A stretch of DNA of 64,000 bases from an uncultured Prevotellaceae bacterium (GCA_900320845.1 ONTS01000010.1:3664-67663), one strand, 5' to 3'. Numbered from the stretch's first letter, positions 42,880-54,297 are shown. Numbers and translations are program-made. The notes: generated by a model not told the origin, from the sequence alone.

Positions 42880-43710
42880 ATGAAACACCATTCATTTACC
42901 AAGACCATCATGATGCTCTTCGCCTTCGTGGCAGGAAGCATCCAAGTTTCAGCGCAATCTTCAGGCACTGTGTACATCTGCACAGGCAAGTATTCAGTGA
43001 AGTATCACAAGAGACAAGACTGCAGTGGTTTGTCAGCATGCACGGGTGACATCATTGCCACCACCGTTGCCAAGGCCAAAGCTAGTGGCAAGGAAGAATG
43101 TCTAAAATGCTTTGTCAACTCTACTGCCAACAAGGCAAAGGACGTAAAAAGACCGACAACCACTAAGCCCGAATCAAAACCTTCTACATCAGCTACGGAT
43201 AAGAAATCTGTAGCTAAGAAGACAACCACAAATGAAGAGAAGAAACCTGCGGCCAAGAAGTCGACAACGGAGAAGAAACCTGCAGATAAGAAGTCGACAA
43301 CGGAGAAGAATACTACTGCTAAGAAGTCGACAACTGAGAAGAAGACTGCTGCTAAGAAAGCTACAACCGAGAAGAAGACTGCTGCCAAGAAGTCGACATC
43401 AACCGAGAAGAAGACTCCTGCCAAGAAAGCTACAACCGAGAAGAAGACTGCTGCTAAGAAGTCGACATCAACCGAGAAGAAGACTACTGCTAAGAAGTCG
43501 ACATCAACCGAGAAGAAGACTGCTGCCAAGAAGTCGACAACAACGGATAAGAAGACTACTGCTAAGAAGTCGACAACCGAAAAGAAGACTGCTGCTAAGA
43601 AGGCAACAACTGAGAAGAAAAAGCCAGCAGCCAAGAAATCAACAACAGAGAAGAAATCTTCAACCAAAAAGACTACCACCAAGAAATCTAATACCAAAAA
43701 GGCTGCATAA
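42880..43710 (+). CDS. Secreted protein with a Cys/His metal-binding domain and a histone H1-like Lys-rich repeat tail
   Basis: Signal peptide; VYICTGKYSVKYH...C..L..C...C..C; about 13 repeats of TEKKTAAKKST. Confidence 0.8.
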   Translation: MKHHSFTKTIMMLFAFVAGSIQVSAQSSGTVYICTGKYSVKYHKRQDCSGLSACTGDIIATTVAKAKASGKEECLKCFVNSTANKAKDVKRPTTTKPESKPSTSATDKKSVAKKTTTNEEKKPAAKKSTTEKKPADKKSTTEKNTTAKKSTTEKKTAAKKATTEKKTAAKKSTSTEKKTPAKKATTEKKTAAKKSTSTEKKTTAKKSTSTEKKTAAKKSTTTDKKTTAKKSTTEKKTAAKKATTEKKKPAAKKSTTEKKSSTKKTTTKKSNTKKAA

Positions 43711-43751
43711 TTGCTTAACACCAACAGCAGTAAAACTGGCAATAACAACAA

Positions 43752-43801
43752 ATCATCCTCCACACAAAATGTCACCAGTGTGGAGGATGATTCTTTTTTT
43801 T
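43752..43801 (+). terminator. Intrinsic terminator
   Basis: AATCATCCTCCACAC / GTGTGGAGGATGATT stem followed by a long T-run. Confidence 0.75.
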
Positions 43802-43896
43802 GCGACTAATATAGCACAACACACCTCAACCATATTTGCTTAAATAAACCTTTTATATATATTATACCCCATACAAGACTTGTGACATATAACGAG

Positions 43897-43937
43897 GCTG
43901 ACAATACAAAATGGGGCGTTCATTTTGTATTGTCAGC
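43897..43937. repeat. Perfect 17-bp inverted repeat upstream of the BamA/TamA-like gene
   Basis: GCTGACAATACAAAATG-gggcgtt-CATTTTGTATTGTCAGC. Confidence 0.8.
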
Positions 43938-44073
43938 AGTTTCTACGAAATTTGTTGCGCCAAATCGAAAGCATCAGCTGGCATCCTATCTGCCTGATGC
44001 CATTTTCCACAAGCTCTACGGCGGTGCTCTACCAAGGAAAAGCCGTTGATGGAGTGTAATATGTATTGCCGTC

Positions 44074-46317
44074 ATGCACCACACCAACATTCACACACAC
44101 ATACTATTGTCACGTCTATGTCGCACAGGGCTGTCGATATGTGTATTGTTGTGCTTGTTGGCATCCTGCTCCACGAGCAAGTATGTGCCTGATGGCGAAT
44201 ATCTACTCAACAGTGTGAAGCTGCACAGCGACAACAAGAGGGCTAACACTAGTTCGCTGAATGCCTACCTGCAGCCAAAGCCCAACGTGAAATGGTTCTC
44301 TTTGGCGCGCGTGCCACTTGCCATCTATTCGCTGTCGGGCCGCGACAGTTCGCGATGGGTCAACCGCACCCTGCGCAATCTAGGCGAGCCGCCTGTGCTA
44401 TACGACTCCGCACGCACTGTGCAGACGGCAGACATATTGCGCAGTGCACTGCAGAACAAAGGATATATGGGGGCACAGGTGGATGTCAACGTGACAAAGA
44501 AAGGCAAGAGGGTTAATGTGGACTACTATCTACGGCCAGGCAAGCAATACTTCATCAACGACATTCGCCACATCATCCACGATGACAGCATACGCCAAAT
44601 ACTCGACAAGCACCATGTGCTGGAAGATGGGTTGCACGTCGGTCAGCCGCTGACGGTGAATCTGCTGGAAACGGAGCGAAAACGTATCACCACATTCCTG
44701 CAGGACAACGGCTATTACCGTTTCCACCAAGAATACATCGTCTACGATGCCGATAGCATCAGAGGCAGTAGCATGGTGGCACTCACCCTGCACCTACTAC
44801 CCTATCAACAGACTGACAACGACGAGCCGCAACTGCATCCGCGCTACCACATCAGAAACGTCAGCCACTTCAGCATGGGCAGTGAGCGCATACGTCTGCG
44901 CAGACATGTTATTGAAGAAAACACTATCATAGAGCAAGGTCAGCTTTATAGCAACACTGCCCAGAAAAAAACATACAGCCGTTTCGCCCGCCTTCCTAAT
45001 GTAAAATACACGGGTATCAACATCACAGAGGTGCCCGACACTACCTTACTTGATGCCAGTATACAAATAGAAACACACAAACCCAACAGCATAAGCTTCC
45101 AACCCGAAGGCACCAACACCGCAGGCGACCTGGGAGCAGCCGCCACGCTGACATACGAGAACCGTAACCTCTTCCGCGGCGGCGAACGACTGAGCATCAG
45201 TCTGAGAGCAGCATTCGAGGCAATAACAGGACTGGAAGGCTACAAGAACAAAGACTACGAAGAATATGGTGCCGAAGTGCAGCTCACCTTTCCACGACTC
45301 GTAGTGCCTTTCCTCTCCAAACGTACGCGCCAGCTCACCAACGGGACATCGACAGTGGCCGTAAACTTCAACATGCAGCAACGCCCTGAGTTCCACCGAC
45401 GCGTGTTTGCCACCACATGGCGCTACAGATGGGACAACGAGTCGCACCCCATCAGCTATCGTGTAGACCTGCTTGACCTCAACTATATCTACATGCCGTG
45501 GATATCCGACACGTTCAAGCACAACTACCTTGACAGTGTGAGCAACCGCAACGCCATACTGCGCTACAACTACGAGGACTTGTTCATCATGAAGACCGGC
45601 TTCGGTTTCACCTACAGCACCCCAAGCAACGTGTTGCGCTTCAATATCGAGACCGCCGGAAACCTGCTCTCGCTGGGCTCACGACTCTTCCATGGTAAGA
45701 AAAACGAACAAGGACAATATGCTGTGTTCAACATTGCATACGCACAATATGCCAAGACGGACATAGACAACACCCACTTCTTCCGCTTCAACAACAATAA
45801 TACACTGGTGCTGCATACCGCCATAGGTCTGGCATGGCCCTACGGCAACAGTCATGTGTTACCTTTCGAGAAACGGTACTTCGCCGGCGGTGCCAACAGC
45901 GTTCGCGGATGGGGAGTGCGACGTCTAGGACCCGGTTCCTTCAAGGGCAAGGACGGACGCATAGACTTCATCAACCAGACAGGAGACATCAAGCTTGACA
46001 TCAGTCTGGAATACCGCACACACCTATTCTGGAAGCTGGACGGAGCTGCTTTCATAGACGCTGGAAACATCTGGACATGGCATCACTATGACGAACAGGA
46101 AGGAGGACAGTTCCGACTGGACAAGTTCTATAAACAACTGGCAGCCGCATACGGCATTGGATTCCGCTTCAACTTCGACTATTTCATCCTGCGTTTCGAC
46201 ATGGGAATGAAAGCTGTGAACCCTGTTTATGAAAACTCTCGTGAGCATTTCCCCTTGCTCCATCCACGCTTGAGCCGGGACTTCCACTTCCATTTTGCAG
46301 TGGGAATGCCCTTCTGA
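44074..46317 (+). CDS. BamA/TamA (Omp85) family outer-membrane lipoprotein (TamL-like)
   Basis: Lipobox LASC, POTRA-like region, YFAGGANSVRGW, FIDAGNIW, C-terminal AVGMPF. Confidence 0.9.
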   Translation: MHHTNIHTHILLSRLCRTGLSICVLLCLLASCSTSKYVPDGEYLLNSVKLHSDNKRANTSSLNAYLQPKPNVKWFSLARVPLAIYSLSGRDSSRWVNRTLRNLGEPPVLYDSARTVQTADILRSALQNKGYMGAQVDVNVTKKGKRVNVDYYLRPGKQYFINDIRHIIHDDSIRQILDKHHVLEDGLHVGQPLTVNLLETERKRITTFLQDNGYYRFHQEYIVYDADSIRGSSMVALTLHLLPYQQTDNDEPQLHPRYHIRNVSHFSMGSERIRLRRHVIEENTIIEQGQLYSNTAQKKTYSRFARLPNVKYTGINITEVPDTTLLDASIQIETHKPNSISFQPEGTNTAGDLGAAATLTYENRNLFRGGERLSISLRAAFEAITGLEGYKNKDYEEYGAEVQLTFPRLVVPFLSKRTRQLTNGTSTVAVNFNMQQRPEFHRRVFATTWRYRWDNESHPISYRVDLLDLNYIYMPWISDTFKHNYLDSVSNRNAILRYNYEDLFIMKTGFGFTYSTPSNVLRFNIETAGNLLSLGSRLFHGKKNEQGQYAVFNIAYAQYAKTDIDNTHFFRFNNNNTLVLHTAIGLAWPYGNSHVLPFEKRYFAGGANSVRGWGVRRLGPGSFKGKDGRIDFINQTGDIKLDISLEYRTHLFWKLDGAAFIDAGNIWTWHHYDEQEGGQFRLDKFYKQLAAAYGIGFRFNFDYFILRFDMGMKAVNPVYENSREHFPLLHPRLSRDFHFHFAVGMPF

Positions 46318-46360
46318 CATCAGAACACCATAGCAACCCTTACACCATATTATATATATA

Positions 46361-47170
46361 ATGCTCAAGTTTATCTCCTTCGGTAGCGGAAGCAGCGGCA
46401 ACTGCTATCTGCTATGCGCCGATGACAACATATTGATGATTGATGCCGGCATAGACCTACGCAAACTACGCACCTATTTCGACAACTATGGCATCAATGC
46501 CACACACATACACAACCTTCTTCTTACCCACGACCACATCGACCATGTGAAGGCTGCAGGCGCAATAAGCCAGACATGGCACATAGACGTGCATGCCACA
46601 AGCAAAGTGCACAACGCAATAGACAACAACCGACGCCTGTCAGCAAAGATCAACACACCACATGTGCACCATATCAGGCACAACATACCTTTCGATCTTG
46701 GAGCTTTCCATATCACCCCCTTTGATGTACCACATGACAGCCACACCAATACAGGCTACCGCATAGAATACGAAGGCAGCGTTTTCTGCCTGGTGACAGA
46801 CATCGGACACATTACCCCCACCATCATCGAGCACCTGCAAGGCGTGGAGCATCTAGTTGTAGAAGCCAACTACGACCCGCAGATGCTACTGCACGGGCGC
46901 TATCCCTACTTCCTCAAGCAACGCATAACGGGACCAACTGGGCACCTGTCCAACAACGAGACAGCACGCCTCATCGGTGAATGCTGTTCAGCTAAGTTGC
47001 GCAACGTGTGGCTGTGTCATCTAAGCGAAGAAAACAATACCCCCGAGACTGCACTAACTACTGTTAAAGATATGCTGCAAAACAATGCATTTCAAAAATA
47101 CCCAAATATGACCATAAGAGCTCTTTATCGGCAAAAACCCACTGGTTTCTTTGAAATTTTTAACTTTTGA
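46361..47170 (+). CDS. MBL-fold metallo-hydrolase (YycJ/WalJ-like)
   Basis: SGSSGNC, THDHIDH, EANYD, GHLSN, HLSEENN. Confidence 0.9.
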   Translation: MLKFISFGSGSSGNCYLLCADDNILMIDAGIDLRKLRTYFDNYGINATHIHNLLLTHDHIDHVKAAGAISQTWHIDVHATSKVHNAIDNNRRLSAKINTPHVHHIRHNIPFDLGAFHITPFDVPHDSHTNTGYRIEYEGSVFCLVTDIGHITPTIIEHLQGVEHLVVEANYDPQMLLHGRYPYFLKQRITGPTGHLSNNETARLIGECCSAKLRNVWLCHLSEENNTPETALTTVKDMLQNNAFQKYPNMTIRALYRQKPTGFFEIFNF

Positions 47171-47319
47171 AACACACTGAGAACCAACGCATTGCAAAAA
47201 AGTTACACAAAAGAGCAAAAAAAAGTTGAAAAAAATTTTGCACGAATGAAAGCAATGTATTTATCTTTGCATCGTTTTAGTAAACAATGATTGTTTAACA
47301 AGCTTAAAGAAAAAAGAAA

Positions 47320-47517
47320 ATGAAAAAGTTATTTTTCGCAGTTGTAGCTTTCGCAGCTATCTCCTTCGCAACCGTATCATGTGACAAGAAAGAAGCAGCT
47401 CCTGCTCCTGAAGCTGACACCACACAGGTTGACACCTCTGCTGTAGTTGAAGACACCACTATGGTTGAAGACTCTGCAGAAGTTGTTGAAGAAGTTGCAG
47501 AAGAAGTTGCAGAGTAA
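47320..47517 (+). CDS. Small acidic lipoprotein
   Basis: Lipobox VSC; upstream TATCTTTG box; downstream terminator. Confidence 0.75.
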   Translation: MKKLFFAVVAFAAISFATVSCDKKEAAPAPEADTTQVDTSAVVEDTTMVEDSAEVVEEVAEEVAE

Positions 47518-47536
47518 TCCGCGACAAAATCAAAAC

Positions 47537-47568
47537 AAAAGTCAGGCTCATTGAGCCTGACTTTTTTT
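47537..47568 (+). terminator. Intrinsic terminator
   Basis: AAAAGTCAGGCTCA-T-TGAGCCTGACTTTTTTT. Confidence 0.8.
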
Positions 47569-47752
47569 GTTGTTATATCTTCACACAGATTCTCTGTCTA
47601 CTCCCATTCTTATCTTCCACAGGAAATGATTACCTTTGCATCAACGTTAGCAATAGAATAGCCCACGAAATCTTGTTCATGACAATGATACTCGCACGTG
47701 ACTTATCGTTCGCAGAAGCACACAAAATCCACCATTTACACCTATAAACTAT

Positions 47753-48553
47753 ATGAGCTATACACGCAACAATCTTGATAACTCAACATTAACCTTCCCT
47801 CAAGACAATAAAATACATTTTGAAGAGGTAGAACATATATACAGCGTTGACGGTGCAGGCGAGATGACACCTGTTTCCACCGTTGTAGCATCATTCTTCA
47901 AGAAGTTCGATGCTCAACACTGGAGTATGCGCAAGTGCTACGGCAATGAAACACAAGCCGCCAAGCTACGCGAACAATGGGAATGCAAGGGACGTATGGC
48001 GGCACAACTCGGCACACATCTGCACAAACAGATAGAAGACTTTCTCAACACTCAGAAGCCGCCGCAGACACAATGCCACCTGCAATACCAAGGCAACTAT
48101 GTTCACGAGGACAAAGAGTGTGACATTTCACGCGAGTGGCAGATGTTTAAGAACTTCCACAACACCATCGGCTATCAACCATTCCGCACTGAATGGGCTG
48201 TCTACGACATTGAGACGCGCATGGCAGGCACTATTGACCTTTTGTGCTCGAAGACAGATGGTACGTACGAGATATTTGACTGGAAACGAAGCAATAAGAT
48301 CGAACCGACACAACACAACAAATGGGACAGCGGTATCAACGGATTGGAGCACCTTACTGACACCACATACATCCACTACTGCCTCCAACAGAACCTATAC
48401 CGCTATATGTTGGAAAAAAATTACGGACTTCACATCAGCGCCATGCACCTTGTCGTGCTCCATCCCGACTATTCCAACTATCGCATCGTCAATATTCCAC
48501 GCATGGAGAAGGAGATAGACATCATCGTCGGCAAACGCTTGTTCGCACGCTGA
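47753..48553 (+). CDS. PD-(D/E)XK (RecB/Cas4-like fold) nuclease
   Basis: GTHLHKQIE, RTEW, AGTIDLL, IFDWKRS, HYCLQQNLYRYMLE. Confidence 0.85.
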   Translation: MSYTRNNLDNSTLTFPQDNKIHFEEVEHIYSVDGAGEMTPVSTVVASFFKKFDAQHWSMRKCYGNETQAAKLREQWECKGRMAAQLGTHLHKQIEDFLNTQKPPQTQCHLQYQGNYVHEDKECDISREWQMFKNFHNTIGYQPFRTEWAVYDIETRMAGTIDLLCSKTDGTYEIFDWKRSNKIEPTQHNKWDSGINGLEHLTDTTYIHYCLQQNLYRYMLEKNYGLHISAMHLVVLHPDYSNYRIVNIPRMEKEIDIIVGKRLFAR

Positions 48554-48903
48554 CAGACAATCATCTGCCAATGCCGTCGCTCAAGCAATGCCGATGAAAA
48601 AGCGCCATACTTCTCTTTAAAGAAATATCTCTAGTACGCTGTCTGTCTTTCTTGTTTTCATTGCTCTTAATTTTTTAGGTTTAACATTATTGTTTCTTAC
48701 TTACACCGTAAAATTAAGTGTTTTTTCATATATCCATTTTTTGCAACTTTTTTATGTTTATGATAATATATTCAGTAGAAGTCTTACTTCGTAGCATACT
48801 TTTCACTATATGTATCTTATAATATATATATGGTATAAGTCAGTATATATCAAAAAAAACATATCTTTGCGCAAAAGTTTTTCATCGTTTGAACTACATT
48901 GAT

Positions 48904-49190
48904 ATGGAAGTTAAGAAAAGGATTAAAGAAAAAGGGTGGCGTATGGGCGAGCTAGCGAACGCACTTGGCATTATATTCGAACACTCTCGCAGACACTATC
49001 GACAGGTGCTAACCCACGATTGAGTACACTGCGTAGGATTGCGGATGTTATAGGTTGTAAGGTTGGTGATTTCTTTCTTGATGAACTAACTACAACTGAT
49101 GAATTAGAGAAGATACCTATACCAAGCGGCACAGTTCGTATAAGGGAGCATGAGTATGAAGTAATACTTGTAGAGAAGAAGAGGCAGTAG
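48904..49190 (+). pseudogene. XRE-family HTH regulator with a 1-nt frameshift near 48973
   Basis: MEVKKRIKEKGWRMGELANALGI in one frame continues as IRTLSQTLSTGANPRLSTLRRIADVIGCKVGDFF in another. Confidence 0.75.
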
Positions 49191-49191
49191 A

Positions 49192-49512
49192 ATGGGTAAG
49201 AAGAAGAAGAAGAAGAAGAGAAACCTTGATGAGTTGGTAAGAAAAATGACCAATGCCGAGTATGAAACTCTACTGGATGAAGTAGCACTAGAAGTTGGAG
49301 GTGGATACGCAAAAAAATCAACTCAACCAATCATTGACGAACGTTTTTCGGAAAAACGTGTAGGCTTAACACTTAGTGGTGGTACGTACAGCATTGCTTT
49401 CTATTATAACAACGAAGGAGAACCATGCCTCAAGGAAGAGGCTACAAGCATACATATCATGGAGTTTGATGGCAAAGATAGGCGCATCAACGAAGTGTAT
49501 GCAGATATCTAA
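49192..49512 (+). CDS. Hypothetical protein
   Basis: 106-aa ORF starting 1 nt after the XRE stop; poly-Lys N-terminus. Confidence 0.55.
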   Translation: MGKKKKKKKRNLDELVRKMTNAEYETLLDEVALEVGGGYAKKSTQPIIDERFSEKRVGLTLSGGTYSIAFYYNNEGEPCLKEEATSIHIMEFDGKDRRINEVYADI

Positions 49513-49720
49513 TGCCTACTTGATAATTTTTTCGCTAGTTGTCTGATATAGGCAGCTCTATTAAGGAATGCACTTTTCAGCAAGTCTCTCTGGTCCTTAT
49601 CACCATAATAGTACTTGATAAATAGCCCACCATTTTCCTTTCATTTTGCAGAAGAAGCCTTACCTTTGCAAGATAGACGAAACCAAATTAAACAATACGC
49701 GCGAAAGGACTGCCACAAAT

Positions 49721-50341
49721 ATGGAAAACATACAACATTATTTTCCTCAGCTGACAGAGGAGCAGACCGAACGTCTTCAAGCTCTCGGCCCAATCTATCG
49801 TGAGTGGAACGAGAAGATTAATGTCATTTCACGTAAGGACATCGACAATTTGTTCCTCCATCATGTGCTCCACTCCCTGTCAATAGCCCGTTTTATCCAC
49901 TTCACTCCTTCAACCGATATTCTTGACTTCGGAACTGGCGGAGGCTTTCCAGGCATACCGCTTGCCATACTATTTCCCGAATGTCGCTTCAAGCTCATCG
50001 ACGGAACAGGCAAAAAGATTCGTGTTGTCAACGAGGTGACAAGCGCCATAGGTTTAGACAACGTGCAAGCCGAGCAGATTCGTGGCGAAGAGGAGAAAGG
50101 AAAATATGACTTCATCGTCACCCGTGGGGTGATGCCTTTACCCGACACGGCGCGGATGTTGAAGAAAAACATCAGCCACAAGCAACGCAATGCCATACCC
50201 AACGGCATCATTGCGCTGAAAGGCGGCGACATACAAGCCGAAGCGGCACCCTACAAGAACATCATCGAGGTGGCGGACATCAGCCAATGGTTCGACAACC
50301 CATGGTTCAAACAGAAACACATATTGTACCTACCCATGTAA
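49721..50341 (+). CDS. rsmG: 16S rRNA m7G527 methyltransferase
   Basis: WNEKINVISR, HVLHSL, DFGTGGGFPGIPLAI, LKGG. Confidence 0.95.
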   Translation: MENIQHYFPQLTEEQTERLQALGPIYREWNEKINVISRKDIDNLFLHHVLHSLSIARFIHFTPSTDILDFGTGGGFPGIPLAILFPECRFKLIDGTGKKIRVVNEVTSAIGLDNVQAEQIRGEEEKGKYDFIVTRGVMPLPDTARMLKKNISHKQRNAIPNGIIALKGGDIQAEAAPYKNIIEVADISQWFDNPWFKQKHILYLPM

Positions 50342-50363
50342 GTTCCCCACCCTATCTCTTGTC

Positions 50364-51005
50364 ATGCTAACAGTAAAGACTTTCACATGCAACATGTTAG
50401 ACGAGAACTGCTACATCGTTTCCGATGAGAGCGGCAAGTGTGTCATCATCGATTGTGGTGCATTTTACGACGAAGAACGTCGTGCCATAGCACAATATAT
50501 CAGCGATACACAGCTCACTCCCGTCCATCTGCTTGCTACACACGCACATCTCGACCACAACTTCGGCACTCCGTTCATCTACGATACCTATCATCTGTTG
50601 CCCGAATATGCCGAGGCAGATCACGGACTCATGGAAAATCTGCCTCGACAGGCAGCACATTTCTATGGCCTGACGCTCAACGAGACCTATCCGTTGGCAG
50701 AGCATTTCCTGACAGAAGACACACCTGTCTGCTTTGGCTCGCACACACTGTACATCATCACCACACCCGGGCACTCTAAAGGCTCAGTAGTATTCTATAG
50801 CAAAGAGGAAAACATCGCTTTCACAGGCGACACGCTTTTCCGCTTTTCCGTAGGACGCACCGACCTGCATGGCGGAAGCATGATGCAACTCACACAGAGT
50901 CTGCATAAGTTGCGCAAGTTGCCTCCTGCCACCATCATCTATCCCGGACATGGTCCGATATCGACCATCAGTGACGAAATCAATGCCAACCCATTCATGC
51001 AATGA
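50364..51005 (+). CDS. MBL-fold hydrolase (glyoxalase II-like)
   Basis: THAHLDH, TPGHS, FTGDTLF, GRTDL, YPGHG. Confidence 0.9.
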   Translation: MLTVKTFTCNMLDENCYIVSDESGKCVIIDCGAFYDEERRAIAQYISDTQLTPVHLLATHAHLDHNFGTPFIYDTYHLLPEYAEADHGLMENLPRQAAHFYGLTLNETYPLAEHFLTEDTPVCFGSHTLYIITTPGHSKGSVVFYSKEENIAFTGDTLFRFSVGRTDLHGGSMMQLTQSLHKLRKLPPATIIYPGHGPISTISDEINANPFMQ

Positions 51006-51580
51006 CACCCCAGAAACCTAAAGAAAAAATCATCCTCGGCGTCGACCCAGGCACCAACGTGATGGGTTACGGCATACTTCGTATTGTAGGAAATAAGGCG
51101 GAGATGGTGGCGATGGGTGTCATTGACATGCGTAAAGAGAATGACCCCTACCTTCGACTGGGACGTATCTTCGAGCGTGTTACAGGCATCATCAAGGAGT
51201 TTCTGCCTGACGAGATGGCTATCGAAGCACCTTTCTTCGGCAAGAACATTCAGTCGATGCTCAAGTTGGGACGTGCGCAAGGTGTTGCCATAGCAGCCGC
51301 CATCGAACGTGGTGTCCCCATACACGAATATGCGCCCATGAAGATTAAGATGGCCATCACCGGACAGGGACGCGCCTCCAAAGAACAGGTGGCTGACATG
51401 TTGCGCAGAATGTTACACCTCGACAAAGATTCCATGCCTCACTTTATGGATGCCACTGATGCTTTGGCAGCAGCCTACTGTCACTTCCTGCAACAACAGG
51501 CCCCGCAGTCGCACACACACTACAAGGGATGGTCGGACTTTGCACGACGAAACAGCAAGCGCATAACAGGTGCCACATAG
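51002..51580 (+). CDS. ruvC: Holliday junction resolvase
   Basis: ILGVDPG, AIEAPF, LGRAQGV, KEQV, DATDALA. Confidence 0.96.
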   Translation: MTPQKPKEKIILGVDPGTNVMGYGILRIVGNKAEMVAMGVIDMRKENDPYLRLGRIFERVTGIIKEFLPDEMAIEAPFFGKNIQSMLKLGRAQGVAIAAAIERGVPIHEYAPMKIKMAITGQGRASKEQVADMLRRMLHLDKDSMPHFMDATDALAAAYCHFLQQQAPQSHTHYKGWSDFARRNSKRITGAT

Positions 51581-51650
51581 ACAAAGAAACATCATCGCTA
51601 CATACAATCACACACATTGAAACAACAAGAAACACTAAACTTTTAACAAC

Positions 51651-52142
51651 ATGAAACCCCTATTCACCCTTCTCATCTCTTTCCTCTTCTGCGCCATGCC
51701 CATGTCAGCGCAAGAAGTGTATAAAGAAGTAATGCGTCTTTCTAAGAAGACTGCTGATAATCGCGAATTATCCATCGATGTGCGAAAGGTGGCACAGTTT
51801 AAAGTCGATGCGCTGGAGTATATGCTTCGCAAAACACAAGAGCTGATGCCTGACAGCAGCGTTACGGTGCTCGACTATCAAGCTTTCGCACTCTACGACT
51901 TCGTAAATCTCTACACCCAGCAGCTTGCTAAGAACAGTAAGAAGAAAAAGGAGCGCCAGCGTATCATGCAACTATTCCAGCAGAGCAGTCTGGAAAACGC
52001 ACGTTTCTTCGATCAGGACAAAGAGTTCATCATGGCTTATGTCAACAGCCTGCAGCACATCACACGCTTCTCGCTCGACACTGACTGGGTGATAGCACTC
52101 AACGATGTGCGCGAACGGCTATACAAGACAAAAATGCCCTAA
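51651..52142 (+). CDS. Secreted hypothetical protein
   Basis: Signal peptide; 163-aa ORF with codon usage like the core genes. Confidence 0.65.
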   Translation: MKPLFTLLISFLFCAMPMSAQEVYKEVMRLSKKTADNRELSIDVRKVAQFKVDALEYMLRKTQELMPDSSVTVLDYQAFALYDFVNLYTQQLAKNSKKKKERQRIMQLFQQSSLENARFFDQDKEFIMAYVNSLQHITRFSLDTDWVIALNDVRERLYKTKMP

Positions 52143-52207
52143 CCTCTATACTGTAACAGCGTGCCTCAGTAGGCATGTATTCATCACGTAACAACCATCA
52201 TTCGATT

Positions 52208-54277
52208 ATGACTAAGCAATTCTCTCGCACCCTTGTCACTACAGCCCTTCCCTATGCCAACGGCGGCATCCATATAGGACACCTCGCAGGTGTATATATT
52301 CCTGCCGACATCTATGTACGCTATCTCCGTGCACGCCACCAAGACGTGCTGTTCATTGGCGGCAGCGACGAGCACGGAGTGCCCATCACCCTCAGGGCAA
52401 AGAAAGAACATACCACACCCCAGCATATCGTAGACAGATACCACAACCTTATCAAAGAGTCATTCGAGGAGTTCGGTATCTCTTTCGACATTTACAGCCG
52501 CACCACATCGGCAACACACCACCAGATGGCTGCCGATTTTTTCCGACACCTATACGACAGCGGCAAGCTCACCGAGCAGACGACGAAGCAGTACTACGAC
52601 CCGGAGGCCAAGCAGTTCCTCGCCGACAGATACATCACAGGCGAGTGTCCCCACTGTCATAATGCCAACGCCTATGGCGACCAGTGCGAGAAGTGCGGCA
52701 AAGACCTCGACCCCACACAGCTCATCAATCCCAAGTCAACCATCAGCGGTGCCAAGCCTGAGCTGAGAGACACCACCAACTGGTATCTCCCCCTCAACGA
52801 GTATCAGGCATTCCTTGAGCAATGGATACTGAAAGAGCACACTGAATGGCGTCCCAACGTCTACGGACAATGTAAGTCGTGGCTCGACATGCAGCTTCAG
52901 CCACGCGCCATGACACGCGATTTGGACTGGGGTATCCCCGTTCCTATCAAGGGAGCCGAAGGCAAAGTTCTCTATGTGTGGTTCGATGCTCCCATAGGAT
53001 ACATATCCAACACCAAGGAACTGCTTCCCGACACATGGGAGACATGGTGGAAAGATGAAAGCACACGACTCGTACACTTCATCGGCAAGGACAACATTGT
53101 CTTCCACTGCATCGTGTTCCCTACCATGCTACATGCACACGGAGGCTACATCTTGCCCGACGCCGTGCCCGCCAACGAGTTCCTCAACCTGGAAGACGAC
53201 AAGATATCCACCTCACGTAACTGGGCAGTGTGGCTCGACGAATACCTCAAGGAGATGCCTGGTAAGCAAGACACATTGCGTTATGTACTCACCGCTAACG
53301 CACCAGAGACCAAGGACAACAACTTTACATGGCACGACTTCCAAGACCGTCACAACAACGAGCTGGTAGCCGTCTACGGCAACTTCGTCAACCGCGCCTT
53401 GCAACTCACCAAGAAATACTTCAACGGCGTAGTGCCTCCGCAGCACGAAGATGCCCTCACCGACTGCGATAAGGCTGCCTTGGAGGAGATGAGCACCGTA
53501 CGCACACGCATCGAACAGCTCATGGACAACTTCAAACTGCGCGACGCACAGTTCGAAGCCATGTCGCTGGCACGCCTCGGCAACCGCTACATTACCGAGA
53601 ACGAGCCATGGAAACAGTGGAAGACCGACCCGCAGCGTGTGGAGACAGTGCTCAACATCTGCCTACAGATCACTGCCAACCTCGCCATTGCCTTCCGTCC
53701 CTTCCTGCCTTTCTCCTCCGAACATCTGCTGCATATGCTCACCCTCGAGGCACCCGAATGGGAACAGCTCGGCAACAGTTGTCTGCTGAAAGAAGGCTGG
53801 CAGCTCGGCGAACCTGCATTGCTGTTCGAGAAGATTGACGACGACGCCATCAACTTCCAGTTGGAGAAGCTGGCAGCCAGCCGTCGCGAGCACGAACAGC
53901 AGGCGGCAGCAGCACAAGCAGCGGCAGCCGGACCCAAACCTATAGCACCCGTAGTAGACTTCGACACCTTTGCCAAGACCGACATACGCGTAGCGACAGT
54001 CAAGGAATGCTTCAAGGTGGAGAAATCTACCAAGCTGCTGCAGTTCACCCTCGATGATGGCACATCACAGCCGCGCACCATACTCAGCGGCATTGCGAAG
54101 TACTGCAAGCCCGAAGACCTCATCGGCAAGCAAGTTCTCTTCGTTGCCAACCTCGCACCACGCAAGATCATGGGCATCGAGAGCCAAGGCATGATTCTCT
54201 CGGCAGAAGATGCCGACGGCCGCCTCGTTCCGCTCACCACCTCAGACAACGTAGCTCCCGGCAGCCAAGTCGGATAA
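52208..54277 (+). CDS. metG: Methionyl-tRNA synthetase with C-terminal tRNA-binding domain
   Basis: [11 protein letters not shown], Zn knuckle, [17 protein letters not shown]-fold [16 protein letters not shown]. Confidence 0.98.
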   Translation: MTKQFSRTLVTTALPYANGGIHIGHLAGVYIPADIYVRYLRARHQDVLFIGGSDEHGVPITLRAKKEHTTPQHIVDRYHNLIKESFEEFGISFDIYSRTTSATHHQMAADFFRHLYDSGKLTEQTTKQYYDPEAKQFLADRYITGECPHCHNANAYGDQCEKCGKDLDPTQLINPKSTISGAKPELRDTTNWYLPLNEYQAFLEQWILKEHTEWRPNVYGQCKSWLDMQLQPRAMTRDLDWGIPVPIKGAEGKVLYVWFDAPIGYISNTKELLPDTWETWWKDESTRLVHFIGKDNIVFHCIVFPTMLHAHGGYILPDAVPANEFLNLEDDKISTSRNWAVWLDEYLKEMPGKQDTLRYVLTANAPETKDNNFTWHDFQDRHNNELVAVYGNFVNRALQLTKKYFNGVVPPQHEDALTDCDKAALEEMSTVRTRIEQLMDNFKLRDAQFEAMSLARLGNRYITENEPWKQWKTDPQRVETVLNICLQITANLAIAFRPFLPFSSEHLLHMLTLEAPEWEQLGNSCLLKEGWQLGEPALLFEKIDDDAINFQLEKLAASRREHEQQAAAAQAAAAGPKPIAPVVDFDTFAKTDIRVATVKECFKVEKSTKLLQFTLDDGTSQPRTILSGIAKYCKPEDLIGKQVLFVANLAPRKIMGIESQGMILSAEDADGRLVPLTTSDNVAPGSQVG

Positions 54278-54297
54278 CAGCAGTCACCCCTTACCCT

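Noticed and set aside
43005-43843. Hydrophobic 256-aa minus ORF and Arg-rich 203-aa plus ORF
   Set aside because: Alternative-frame shadows of the Lys-rich repeat gene.
47753-48553. Cas4 indicating a CRISPR-Cas locus
   Set aside because: It lacks the Cas4 C-terminal Cys cluster, and there is no array or other cas gene.
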